NCBI GenBank assembly: GCA_943788295.1
Contig: CALSPS010000006.1
Coordinates: 26,192-90,191 of the forward strand
Source of the DNA: Candidatus Poseidoniaceae archaeon
Lineage (GTDB): Archaea > Thermoplasmatota > Poseidoniia > Poseidoniales > Poseidoniaceae
Length of the DNA stretch: 64,000 bases
Direction: 5' to 3'
Below, piece by piece: positions 9,174 to 18,229 of the stretch. The notes beneath the pieces are model-generated. The model saw nothing but the letters and a program-made list of their open reading frames with translations, searched no databases and was not told where the DNA came from. A program made the translations under genes and the position numbers. Positions within the stretch are counted from its first letter, which is position 1; every line of letters begins with the position of its first letter.

Positions 9174-9838
9174 TAATCAACACCCATCCATTTGTGAGTT
9201 TGAAGGCTCAGGCGCCATTGTGGATTCTGTTTGACAATTGCTTCTGTCTCAGCGAAATTTTTTCCATTCCACTCCACAGATTCTAACTCCATGTAGCAAG
9301 GTTGGAGGAAGGTGTGTTTGAACCCTTGTCGCAATTCATCGTACATCGAAAGATCTTGACCTATGAACACGCACTTCAATTCATCTCCCGTACGTTGGCG
9401 TAATTTCACATCTGGATACATTTGATCCTTAGGTGACACACAAATCCAATCCAAGAGCCCTTCAGGGACCTCTATGGTTCCGTTCGTTTCGACCGATAAG
9501 GTGTAGCCTCTTGCCTTGAGCAAACGATGCAAGGGCCAAAGATCTTGCATCATTGGTTCTCCACCGGTGAAGATGATTCGCTTACAATCAAAGGTTGATA
9601 TTTCTCCAAGCAAGTCAATCGCATTCATAGTTTTGAATGTTAGGAAATCTGTATCGCACCATTCGCAACGTAAGTTACAGTTTCCAAAACGAACAAAAAC
9701 ATGAGGAATACCAGCATGGTAGCCTTCCCCTTGAACTGAATGGAACACTTCGACGATTGGATATTCTGAAGCCAAATCAGTCGGATTGTCAACAGGCGAG
9801 TCACCAGCACGAACACAGGATTCGTCAACACTCATCAT
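9173..9838 (-). CDS. queE: 7-carboxy-7-deazaguanine synthase (radical SAM)
   Basis: EVFHSVQGEG, FVRFGNCNLRCEWCDT, TGGEP, VETNG, VSPK, LSLQTHK. Confidence 0.95.
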   Translation of the reverse strand: MMSVDESCVRAGDSPVDNPTDLASEYPIVEVFHSVQGEGYHAGIPHVFVRFGNCNLRCEWCDTDFLTFKTMNAIDLLGEISTFDCKRIIFTGGEPMMQDLWPLHRLLKARGYTLSVETNGTIEVPEGLLDWICVSPKDQMYPDVKLRQRTGDELKCVFIGQDLSMYDELRQGFKHTFLQPCYMELESVEWNGKNFAETEAIVKQNPQWRLSLQTHKWMGVD

Positions 9839-9844
9839 CTCACC

Positions 9845-10414
9845 TCAAAGGGGCCGTGAATGAATCAATTGCATGAGTTCTTGCCGTGCTTCTGGTCGTT
9901 CGAAAAACACCCCACGCATAGCCGATGTGGTCATGATTGAATTTTGCTTCTTGACACCTCTGCATCGCATGCATCCATGCGTTGCTTCAATGATGACTGC
10001 TGCTCCCAATGGCGCTAAATTGGCTTCTAAATCATCTGCAATGCCCTTGGTGATGCGTTCCTGATTTTGCAAGCGACGAGCATGGAGATCGATAATTCGT
10101 GCAAGCTTACTGATGCCCACAATCCGTTCGACAGGAATGTATGCAACGTGAGCGCGTCCATTAAACGGTTGTAAGTGGTGTTCACATGTGGAATGAAATT
10201 CAATATCCCTCAACAGGACAATACCATCGTACCCTTCTCCATTGAAGGTGGAATCAAGAAGTTCAGCGGCATCCATTTGGTAGCCACCAAAAATTTCGTC
10301 CCAAGAATCAATCACACGCTTCGGTGTCTTTGCTAAGCCCTCTCGGTTTGGGTCTGGTTCAAGGTACCCAAGGAGGGTATGCACTGCATCTTCTGCTTCT
10401 TCTCGCGTTACCAT
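9845..10414 (-). CDS. folE: GTP cyclohydrolase I (bacterial type IA)
   Basis: REGLAKTPKRV, STCEHHLQPF, GISKLARI, RRLQNQERIT, HGCM..RGV; start set at MVTREE after SD GGAGG. Confidence 0.95.
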   Translation of the reverse strand: MVTREEAEDAVHTLLGYLEPDPNREGLAKTPKRVIDSWDEIFGGYQMDAAELLDSTFNGEGYDGIVLLRDIEFHSTCEHHLQPFNGRAHVAYIPVERIVGISKLARIIDLHARRLQNQERITKGIADDLEANLAPLGAAVIIEATHGCMRCRGVKKQNSIMTTSAMRGVFFERPEARQELMQLIHSRPL

Positions 10415-10415
10415 T

Positions 10416-10586
10416 TCAATCGCCTCCGCGCCCGTGTCGTGCGTCAATTTCATCCAATTGGTCAAGCAATTTTCTGCAGGCTGTTCGGACTGCATCAGCC
10501 AGACTGACAAATTTATGCTCGTCCCCAACGTGTTTGCGGAGATCCTCTACGAGCTCCGCCGGCATGTCAAGGGAAATTTTGGGCAT
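10416..10586 (-). CDS. Ribbon-helix-helix (CopG/Arc-like) regulator, 56 aa (not in ORF track)
   Basis: Manual translation MPKISLDMPAELVEDLRKHVGDEHKFVSLADAVRTACRKLLDQLDEIDARHGRGGD*: beta strand KISLDMP, helix, S.ADAVR helix; stop separated from the folE ATG by 1 nt. Confidence 0.85.
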   Translation of the reverse strand: MPKISLDMPAELVEDLRKHVGDEHKFVSLADAVRTACRKLLDQLDEIDARHGRGGD

Positions 10587-10607
10587 GTTTCGGCCACCTT
10601 CCTATGG

Positions 10608-10643
10608 CATATAAGTATTCGTAGAGTAATACCTTGCGAATAC
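10608..10643 (-). promoter_or_regulatory. TATA box (TTATAT) plus 29-bp imperfect palindrome, putative operator of the RHH-que operon
   Basis: GTATTCGTAGAGTA-A-TACCTTGCGAATAC at 10615-10643 (11/14 arm matches), abutting a TATA-like element ~25 nt upstream of the RHH ATG. Confidence 0.55.
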
Positions 10644-10729
10644 ACCGACTTCCATTATTGACCTCCATTTCCATGATTTTTCATTCAATGCTAAGCCAAT
10701 GTTCAAGGCATTCCGTAACCGACGATGTT

Positions 10730-12241
10730 ATGATGACAGTCATGCTATCACCGCATCAGGCCCTCGAACACCTCCATGCTCTGCGTTCAAAGACTGGAAC
10801 GATGGACACGGTTGGGCTTCCTGACGAAGTCATTGACCGCTTTTGCACACTTGATCCAAAACTCGTCAAAGCCATTCATGAAGCAAGCATTCGATTTCAA
10901 GAAATTGAATCTGAATTTGGCTCGGATATGTTACAACATGATGAAGCGAACCTTGTGAAGGTCCTTCAGCACGATTTCGTTAATTTCTATGCACCAGCAA
11001 CCGTCAATCCATACATTGCGCTTTCCGGGCGAGGTCCATGGATCGTTACCGCCTACGGTGCAGTTCTTCACGACAATGGAGGCTATGGCATGCTTGGCGC
11101 AGGTCACGGGCCCGAGGAAGTCATTCAAGCAATGTCGGGGAACTGGGTAATGGCCAATGTCATGACGCCTTCCTTTAGTCAAAAGCGACTCGCCGAGCGA
11201 CTGGAGCGAGAACTTGGTCACACCCGTGGCTCTTGCCCATTCACGCGCTTCATTTGCATGAACAGTGGTTCTGAGTCGGTTACAGTGAGCCTCAGAATCG
11301 CCGATGTGAACGCTAGAAAACACACTGGCCCTGGTGGTCGGCATGAAGGAAAAGAAATCAAATTGCTTGCGATTGAGAAAGCCTTCCATGGCCGTACAGA
11401 CCGCCCAGCACAGATTTCTCACTCCTGCAAAGGCTCCTATGACAAGAATTTGGCAACATTCCGGGACAGGGATAACCTCCTGCTCGTCCCGGCAAATGAC
11501 ATCGCCTCTCTTGAAGCGATGTTCAAGCGCGCAGAAGAAGAAGATTGGTTCATTGAATTAATGGCCATTGAACCAGTACAGGGAGAAGGGAACCCTGGTG
11601 CTTGCGTTCAGCGTGATTTCTACGACGCTGCTCGAAGGCTCACCTTGGAGCACGGCTCAATGCTTCTGGTCGATTCGATTCAGGCTGGAATTAGGGGCCA
11701 AGGCTGCCTATCCATCATTGATTATGATGGATTTCAAGACGCCGAAGTGCCTGATTTGGAAACATGGTCAAAGGCATTGAACGCCGGCCAATATCCTCTT
11801 TCTGTGCTCGGCATGAACGATCGAGCTGCAGAGAACTACGTGGTTGGAATTTATGGGAACACGATGACGACGAACCCACGAGCTTTGGAAACGGCATGCG
11901 CAGTCCTTGACAGCATGACGCCAGAACTTCGTTCCAACATCAAAGACCGGGGTGATGAATTTGTCGATAAGTTGAAAATATTACGAGAAGAATTCCCCGG
12001 TATCATCACCAAAGTACAGGGCACTGGGCTTTTGCTCAGCGCTGAATTGGAACCCACTCGTTTCCCGGTTGTAGGGTTTGACGCCGTTGAGCCATGGTGC
12101 CGCCGACAAGGACTCGGTGTCATTCATGGTGGCGTGAACGCACTGCGATTTACACCACACTTCGGCATCACTTCAGAAGAAATTGATTTGATCATCGAAG
12201 TGGTTCGCGCCTCACTGATCGAATTCAACCAGCGCTCATGA
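10730..12241 (+). CDS. Class III PLP aminotransferase, L-lysine 6-aminotransferase-like
   Basis: FVNFYA...VNPYIAL.GRGPW, GGYGMLG.GH, NSGSES, FHGRT, EPVQGEG, DSIQAG, PLP lysine in WSKALNAG. Confidence 0.85.
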   Translation: MMTVMLSPHQALEHLHALRSKTGTMDTVGLPDEVIDRFCTLDPKLVKAIHEASIRFQEIESEFGSDMLQHDEANLVKVLQHDFVNFYAPATVNPYIALSGRGPWIVTAYGAVLHDNGGYGMLGAGHGPEEVIQAMSGNWVMANVMTPSFSQKRLAERLERELGHTRGSCPFTRFICMNSGSESVTVSLRIADVNARKHTGPGGRHEGKEIKLLAIEKAFHGRTDRPAQISHSCKGSYDKNLATFRDRDNLLLVPANDIASLEAMFKRAEEEDWFIELMAIEPVQGEGNPGACVQRDFYDAARRLTLEHGSMLLVDSIQAGIRGQGCLSIIDYDGFQDAEVPDLETWSKALNAGQYPLSVLGMNDRAAENYVVGIYGNTMTTNPRALETACAVLDSMTPELRSNIKDRGDEFVDKLKILREEFPGIITKVQGTGLLLSAELEPTRFPVVGFDAVEPWCRRQGLGVIHGGVNALRFTPHFGITSEEIDLIIEVVRASLIEFNQRS

Positions 12242-13456
12242 GAGACTCGTTACGATGTCTTCTCGGCTGAATTGTCGGCTAGCATAGTAGGCTGCTAATC
12301 CAGCATACACGATGCTAGAAAAGGCCCACACGAAGATGTGTTCGGGGATGACCCTGTTCATCAACAATTCACGCAAGGCCAACAAGATGTTGACGACTGG
12401 AACCGCAAACCAAAATGATTCGATTCCATCGAGGTTGATGACTTGCGTAAATAATGCTGGGAAGACAATTAACAAAAGCATCGGGGCAAGGATAGAACCG
12501 GCTTCCTTGACGCTGTGCGAACGCATAGCCAAAGCAAGTTCAATGGCAACGACCATGATGGCGAACAGGAGAATTGCTCCAACGATCAACGCCACCGTTG
12601 TGATCGATAACTCTGGAAGACCAATCACACTGGAAGAGGCGAGGTAGCCGATGGCAAAGAGGAGGCCAAAAATCTGGAGGATTACCCCCACCCCCGTTAT
12701 GGTAGCAACTGCAACCCATTTGCCGAGAAGCAATTCAAGACGAGTGCATGGTAGGCAGAGAAGCGCCTCAAGGGTTCCACGTTCTCGCTCTCCTGCCGTC
12801 ATGTCGATCGATGGTTGTAATGCGCTTGAGTAGGTCCATATTGCTAAGACCAGCGGTATGAACAGCGACAACACCATACCCGCTTGTTCTCCACTTGTGG
12901 CCACATCACTCTGTGCCACATCGCCATCCCAACGGAGAGGATTCAGCGTCGAATTGACGTCCATGCCAGAATCTGAAATTCGCCGTTCAACCTCTTCGCT
13001 CTCCCATGTGTTCAATGCATCCAACAAACGATTCCAGGCTTCATTGGAACGTTCGGATGTCGACAATCGTAAAATGGCATAATCCCATGTTGAATTGACC
13101 TTCTCGACTCGTAAAATAGCGTCAACCGACCCATTCCGAACCCTTTCCAAATCCTCACCGGGTTCGGAAAGTTGTGATTGATTGTCCAATGGCTCCATCA
13201 CGATGTCAATTCCAGCACCAACAATGGCCTGTTCCATCGATTCCTCAAGCGAATTCGATTGCACAATCACTGTAAGTTCGAGCGCATCCAATTCTGCAGC
13301 TTCGGATTCAAGTAAGATCGGAAATAGGATGAACAAAAGTGGGAACATTAAGAGTGGAATGACAATGATGGCCATTATTGTGCGCCAATCGCGAACAAAT
13401 TCAACCACTTCTTTCTTAGCGATGGCCCGAATCCTATGCGTGGAAAATTTACTCAC
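12236..13456 (-). CDS. ABC-2 exporter permease (NatB-like)
   Basis: IAKKE....RD.RT, AGERERGTLEALL..P..R.ELLLGK; multiple TMs. Confidence 0.9.
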   Translation of the reverse strand: MSKFSTHRIRAIAKKEVVEFVRDWRTIMAIIVIPLLMFPLLFILFPILLESEAAELDALELTVIVQSNSLEESMEQAIVGAGIDIVMEPLDNQSQLSEPGEDLERVRNGSVDAILRVEKVNSTWDYAILRLSTSERSNEAWNRLLDALNTWESEEVERRISDSGMDVNSTLNPLRWDGDVAQSDVATSGEQAGMVLSLFIPLVLAIWTYSSALQPSIDMTAGERERGTLEALLCLPCTRLELLLGKWVAVATITGVGVILQIFGLLFAIGYLASSSVIGLPELSITTVALIVGAILLFAIMVVAIELALAMRSHSVKEAGSILAPMLLLIVFPALFTQVINLDGIESFWFAVPVVNILLALRELLMNRVIPEHIFVWAFSSIVYAGLAAYYASRQFSREDIVTSLS

Positions 13457-14282
13457 CTTCCTCGACCCCCCTGGAGGCTAGCATCGGTGGTTTAGGTGTG
13501 AAAAAGCGCCTCCACCAACCGGTAAACCGCCCTTCACCTTCATCGTCTTCTTGCCTTGGTCGCGCCGCATCTTTTGTCAGCGCAACATAGGCTTCCTCCA
13601 ATGATGTCGTCTGAGTTTGCTCCAGCAGAAGATCGGGCGAACCATCGGCTCGAATGTCTCCATTGTGGACAATGACAATCCGGTCGCACACTTGTTGCGC
13701 CTCTGAAAGTTGATGGGTTGAGTAGATGACTGTCCCCCCCTCCCGTTTCAGTTGGTTGACGAGTCGCCTTACTGTTCGTGCACTTGTAATGTCCAAACCT
13801 GCAGTCGGTTCATCCAATAAGAGGATCGAAGGCCCATGGGCTAAGGCCCTGAGCAGGGCTGTTTTTTGACGCATACCGCGGCTGAATCCCTTTGTATGAC
13901 GCCCAAGAGAATCCATCATGTCGAGGTGGTGTGCGAACTTTGCAGTCCTTGCCCAAGCATCCTCATCCGAAACTCCGTGCATCCGAGAATGATAGCGAAT
14001 GTTTTCCCATGCGGTGAGTCTTGAATAAAGGCCAGTGGATTCCGGGACCACACCGAGCACTTGACGCATGTCGCTCACAGGTTTTCCATCCGCAAGGAGG
14101 ACTTTTCCTGATGTCGGAGTGTACACGCCCGCCATTAACCGAAGAAGGGTGGTTTTTCCCGCGCCATTGCTCCCTACCAAACCGATGATTTCACCAGAGT
14201 TGATCTGCAGATCTATTTCAGTCAAAGCATGTAAATCTCCAAACGATTTCGACACACGCTTCAATGTAAGGAGTGGTTGCAT
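13449..14282 (-). CDS. ABC exporter ATP-binding subunit (NatA-like)
   Basis: GSNGAGKTT, FSRGMRQK, LLLDEPTAGLD, STH. Confidence 0.93.
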   Translation of the reverse strand: MQPLLTLKRVSKSFGDLHALTEIDLQINSGEIIGLVGSNGAGKTTLLRLMAGVYTPTSGKVLLADGKPVSDMRQVLGVVPESTGLYSRLTAWENIRYHSRMHGVSDEDAWARTAKFAHHLDMMDSLGRHTKGFSRGMRQKTALLRALAHGPSILLLDEPTAGLDITSARTVRRLVNQLKREGGTVIYSTHQLSEAQQVCDRIVIVHNGDIRADGSPDLLLEQTQTTSLEEAYVALTKDAARPRQEDDEGEGRFTGWWRRFFTPKPPMLASRGVEEGE

Positions 14283-14294
14283 AACGCCCACCTT

Positions 14295-14600
14295 TCATGA
14301 AGCTCGACCGGATTCTACCGCAGAATCTAGACCAGGGTGTTTTTCTTCCAGTCGGCAGGCGCGAGTGAGTTGTTCTTTCAATTGGCTGAAAATTTCTTTT
14401 TGTGGAACACCCATTTCAACGAGGTTACCAATCATGTTAAACGCACCTTGAATGGCACCCGCATCGAGGTATGCATCGTTGGAAATTTGCCCGGTTTGCC
14501 GCAGGACATCGAGTCGATCTGCGATGAATTGTGCTTCATTTCTGACGCTTGGTCCATCGACATGAGCGAGGGCGATCAATGTATCCACGCAGGTTCGCAT
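14295..14600 (-). CDS. Hypothetical helical protein
   Basis: 101-aa ORF with SD-like AGGTGA, filling the gap in a co-oriented run. Confidence 0.7.
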   Translation of the reverse strand: MRTCVDTLIALAHVDGPSVRNEAQFIADRLDVLRQTGQISNDAYLDAGAIQGAFNMIGNLVEMGVPQKEIFSQLKEQLTRACRLEEKHPGLDSAVESGRAS

Positions 14601-14659
14601 GACAATTCACCTGATGCGGACGATTAAGATGGTTTGCCTTTGGTGGCATGAAAAAAGGC

Positions 14660-15100
14660 TCAGTGACTCGATTCAGTGAGTTCTACCAAGACACCGCCGG
14701 TGGATTTAGGATGGACAAATGCAATTCGTTTGCCACCTGCCCCCTTCCTCGGTTCGTTGTCAATCATTCGGATTCCATTTTCCACAAGATGTGAGATAAG
14801 GCCTTCAAGATCCCCGACCCTGAAACATATTTGTTGAACACCAGGTCCACGTTTCTCAAGGAAACGCCCAATGGGGGTGTCTTCTCCCGTTGGTTCTAGC
14901 AGTTCAACCATTGGAGGGTGGGCGTCAAGAGAGAGTTGAGCGGTTGAGGTGGAAAAGAAACGCGTTTTTACCCCTTGATCTTCAACAACCTCATCATCCA
15001 TTGATTGAGATAGGCCAATCAACTTCCAAAACAAAGACGCATCATCTAAACTCGGGGTGGCAATTCCGATGTGATCGATATGTATTGGTCCAAAACTCAT
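14660..15100 (-). CDS. mce: Methylmalonyl-CoA epimerase
   Basis: IDHIGIA, ELLEP....PIGRFLEKRGPG, AFVHPKSTGGVLVEL; adjacent to mutase. Confidence 0.95.
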   Translation of the reverse strand: MSFGPIHIDHIGIATPSLDDASLFWKLIGLSQSMDDEVVEDQGVKTRFFSTSTAQLSLDAHPPMVELLEPTGEDTPIGRFLEKRGPGVQQICFRVGDLEGLISHLVENGIRMIDNEPRKGAGGKRIAFVHPKSTGGVLVELTESSH

Positions 15101-15109
15101 TTCCTCACC

Positions 15110-16711
15110 TCAAAATCCACTTGGTGCCATCCAAGTTCCAAACTCATCTTTCATGGCTTGCATTATTTCTCCTAATGTACAACCAGTTTTAACGGCCACA
15201 AGAACATGCGGGAATAGGTTTTGGCCACCATTTGCGGCATTCCTGATCGTCTCTAAGTTAGACTGGCAGGCATCATTGTCCCGATGTTTTCGGAGACTCT
15301 GGAGTTTCTTGCATTGGGCCTCGCCAACGGTGGGGTCGAGTTTCAATACCTCTGGTGCAGAATCTTCATCCATTACGCCGTGGTTGACTCCAACAATCTT
15401 TCTCGAACCAGCCTCCACATCGTTCAAATGAGCGTAGGCCGCATTGTGAATTTCCCGTTGCTGCCATCCTTGTTCGATGGCCTTCATTGCACCGCCAAGT
15501 GATTCGATTTGGGTGATTTGCTCTAGCGCTTGATCATGGATTCTTTTGGTCAACTGTTCCACGTGGTATGATCCCCCCAACGGGTCCACAACATCTGCTG
15601 CACCACTTTCTTCAGCGATAATTTGCTGTGTTCGCAGGGCAACGGTCGCTGATTTTTCTGTGGGCAAACCCAAGGCCTCATCGTAGGAATTTGTGTGGAG
15701 GCTCTGTGTGCCACCACAAACCGCAGCCAGTGCTTGGATGGTGACCCGTGCCACATTGTTGAGAGGTTGTTGCGCTGTGAGACTCACGCCTGCAACTTGT
15801 GTGTGGAAGCGTAACATTGCCGATTTAGGATTTTTTGGACTGTACCTTTCTGTGATCAACTCGTACCAAAGAGTCCGTGCTGCTCTAAATTTAGAAGCTT
15901 CTTCAAAGAAGTCATTATGGCAATTGAAGAAGAAGGACAGCCTTGGTCCAAAAGTGTCTATGTCAAGCCCAGATTCGATTGCTGCATCCACATATTGCAA
16001 TGCATTGGCCAACGTAAAAGCCACTTCTTGAACTGCGGTTGAACCAGCCTCTCGAATGTGATATCCTGAAATTGAAATTGTATTCCACTTTGGGACCTTG
16101 TCCGCACAATACTCGAAGATATCCGTGATCAGGCGCATGCTCGGCTCGGGTGGAAACACATAGGTGCCACGGGCAATGTATTCCTTCAGGATATCATTTT
16201 GAATGGTTCCAAGAACTTGTTCTGAAGGAACTCCTTGTTCCTCAGCTACTGCGATGTACATGGCTAAAAGGACCATGGCAGGGGCGTTAATGGTCATTGA
16301 AGTGCTGACCTTGTCGAGTGGAATACCATCAAGCAGTTCACGCATGTCATCAAGTTGCGAGATGGAAACGCCGACTTTGCCAACCTCTCCATACGACATC
16401 TCGTCGTCTGCATCTAATCCCAATTGAGTAGGCAAATCAAAAGCGACCGAAAGTCCTTTTTGGCCACGTTCGAGAAGAAGTTTGAATCGTTCATTTGTAG
16501 CCGCGGCACTGGAAAATCCAGCGTATTGCCGCATGGTCCACAAACGCGATCGGTACATTGTCGAATGAATACCGCGAGTGTATGGAGGGGACCCTGCATC
16601 CCCCAAGCCTGAAGCGTCTATGCCTTGTTGGCTCAATGATTCAGGAGTGCTTTGAAGCGGTAAATCCAACCCACTCAGGGTCTTCCACTCGTCCTTTCTT
16701 TGAGTGACCAT
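15110..16711 (-). CDS. mcmA: Methylmalonyl-CoA mutase, large (catalytic) subunit
   Basis: PYTRGI...MYRSRLWTMRQYAGF, GLSVAFDLPTQ, GTIQNDILKEY, ISISGYHIREAG, QSLHTNSYDEA; no B12-binding domain. Confidence 0.95.
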   Translation of the reverse strand: MVTQRKDEWKTLSGLDLPLQSTPESLSQQGIDASGLGDAGSPPYTRGIHSTMYRSRLWTMRQYAGFSSAAATNERFKLLLERGQKGLSVAFDLPTQLGLDADDEMSYGEVGKVGVSISQLDDMRELLDGIPLDKVSTSMTINAPAMVLLAMYIAVAEEQGVPSEQVLGTIQNDILKEYIARGTYVFPPEPSMRLITDIFEYCADKVPKWNTISISGYHIREAGSTAVQEVAFTLANALQYVDAAIESGLDIDTFGPRLSFFFNCHNDFFEEASKFRAARTLWYELITERYSPKNPKSAMLRFHTQVAGVSLTAQQPLNNVARVTIQALAAVCGGTQSLHTNSYDEALGLPTEKSATVALRTQQIIAEESGAADVVDPLGGSYHVEQLTKRIHDQALEQITQIESLGGAMKAIEQGWQQREIHNAAYAHLNDVEAGSRKIVGVNHGVMDEDSAPEVLKLDPTVGEAQCKKLQSLRKHRDNDACQSNLETIRNAANGGQNLFPHVLVAVKTGCTLGEIMQAMKDEFGTWMAPSGF

Positions 16712-16752
16712 GCACCGCCCAGTACGGCCGGCTTCATCAAGACTCGCTTGAA

Positions 16753-17265
16753 TCAGTGGTGGTGTCCACCGGGTCCATGGACGTGTCCGTGGTCCAACTC
16801 TTCTGGAGTAGCTGGGCGTAATTCAACAATTTCGACAGCAAATGTCAGCGATTGTCCTGCAAGAGCGTGGTTGAAATCTGCTGTGACCATGTCATCGGTT
16901 AGATTTGTGATGGTGAATGGGGATGGTCCGTGTGGCATCTGTGCCACAAGTTGCATTCCGGTTTCCAATGAATTTTCTGCTTCAAGTTGGGCGAATTGCT
17001 CTCGTGGAATTTCCATGACTGCAGAATCGTCCCGATCACCGTAGGCTTGGTCTGATTCCAGTGTGAACTCCTTGCGGTCTCCTACCTTTGCACCCATGAT
17101 TTCTTTTTCAAACCCTGGAATCATTTGCTTTTGGCCAACGATGAAGGTTAACGGTTCGCGCCCTTCACTGCTGTCAAAAACTTCACCGTTCTCTGGGAGA
17201 GTCCCAGTATAATGCACGCTTGCAACCATGTTGTCGCTGACTGTATGTTCTGCCATATAATTCAC
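16753..17265 (-). CDS. slyD: FKBP-type peptidyl-prolyl isomerase SlyD
   Basis: VHYTGTL..GEVFDSS, MIPGFE, AYG, DFNHALAG, His-rich tail HGHVHGPGGHHH. Confidence 0.93.
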   Translation of the reverse strand: MNYMAEHTVSDNMVASVHYTGTLPENGEVFDSSEGREPLTFIVGQKQMIPGFEKEIMGAKVGDRKEFTLESDQAYGDRDDSAVMEIPREQFAQLEAENSLETGMQLVAQMPHGPSPFTITNLTDDMVTADFNHALAGQSLTFAVEIVELRPATPEELDHGHVHGPGGHHH

Positions 17266-18179
17266 CTTCTTGTTGTCATTTTGTTGACTAAGTCTCGTAG
17301 TTTTTGAGCTGCATTCTCTGGAAGAATTTCCTCCATCACTTTTTGCTCAATAAACTCAATCGAATCGGACACACCCATTCGTTCTCCTTTGGCCCAAACT
17401 TGGCCTAGGATGTTGGATCTGTGTTCTTCGGGAATGTTTGGATTATCCAAAATATCCCTTGCAGCATACTTGTACTCGAGGTACTTTTGCCGGTTCAATT
17501 TTTTCTCTTGCTTTTGCCGACCGCCACCTTTCTTATCGTGTCGTCGGCGTTTTCTGCGTCGGTCACCAGATGGTTTTGCCACAGCGGTTTGAATGGTTTT
17601 GAACACATTGTTCGAACCTTGCTTTGCTTCCGGTTGGGATGCTTGTGATGAAACAGTTTCAACGTTGACATTGGCAGTTTCAATGTTCGGTTCCATGGTC
17701 GTGTCTTGATCCGCTGAAACCGCAACGGGTTCTGCTTGAACAACAGCGGCAACTTCGGCCGGCTTCGCCTTTGCCTTCGCATTTTGGCGCGATAGTTCGG
17801 ACTTTCTGCGAAGTTCTGCAAGGCGGTCTTCATGGGACACTTGTGGTTTAGCTGGTGCAGGTTTGGCAACCGAACTTGTGATGGTCGGGGTCGAATTTCC
17901 CGGTGTAGGCTCGGGCTTGGAAGTGGATGGTTTTGAGGCCCCACCTTGTTGGCGCTTCATCCGCTCCATTGCCTCTTTTTGCTTCTTTGCCAATTCGGTC
18001 ATGCCTGAATTGGCTTCGACTTGAGGGGTTGTAGGACGTGCCGGTGCTGGCCGGCGTTCTACGTTTTTGCGTTCGGTTTGACGCTTGTTGCGTTGAGCGG
18101 AAGCATTTGGGGCGAACGGATTGAACGGCTCGTCCCGTTTTTTTCTTCCGTTCCGGTCTGCGATGCGAGAGGCCCCCAC
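17262..18179 (-). CDS. Hypothetical protein, disordered N-terminus and basic/helical C-terminal domain
   Basis: Low-complexity P/A/K region, RRRKRRRHDKKGGGRQKQEKKLNRQKYLEYKY, folded C-terminus; GTG start inferred. Confidence 0.7.
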   Translation of the reverse strand: MGASRIADRNGRKKRDEPFNPFAPNASAQRNKRQTERKNVERRPAPARPTTPQVEANSGMTELAKKQKEAMERMKRQQGGASKPSTSKPEPTPGNSTPTITSSVAKPAPAKPQVSHEDRLAELRRKSELSRQNAKAKAKPAEVAAVVQAEPVAVSADQDTTMEPNIETANVNVETVSSQASQPEAKQGSNNVFKTIQTAVAKPSGDRRRKRRRHDKKGGGRQKQEKKLNRQKYLEYKYAARDILDNPNIPEEHRSNILGQVWAKGERMGVSDSIEFIEQKVMEEILPENAAQKLRDLVNKMTTRR

Positions 18180-18229
18180 GCTGTTCCCGCTTGTGACCGT
18201 ATAAAAACAATGAGTGTACCTTGCCGTGT

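Noticed and set aside
7573..10414. Dpd-type 7-deazaguanine DNA modification (defence) island
   Set aside because: No dpdA/tgt paralog or defence genes adjacent; housekeeping preQ0/archaeosine synthesis is the simpler explanation.
10415..10630. preQ1 riboswitch, or a long folE N-terminus as in the ORF track
   Set aside because: The region is occupied by an RHH ORF in another frame, and no preQ1 consensus is visible.
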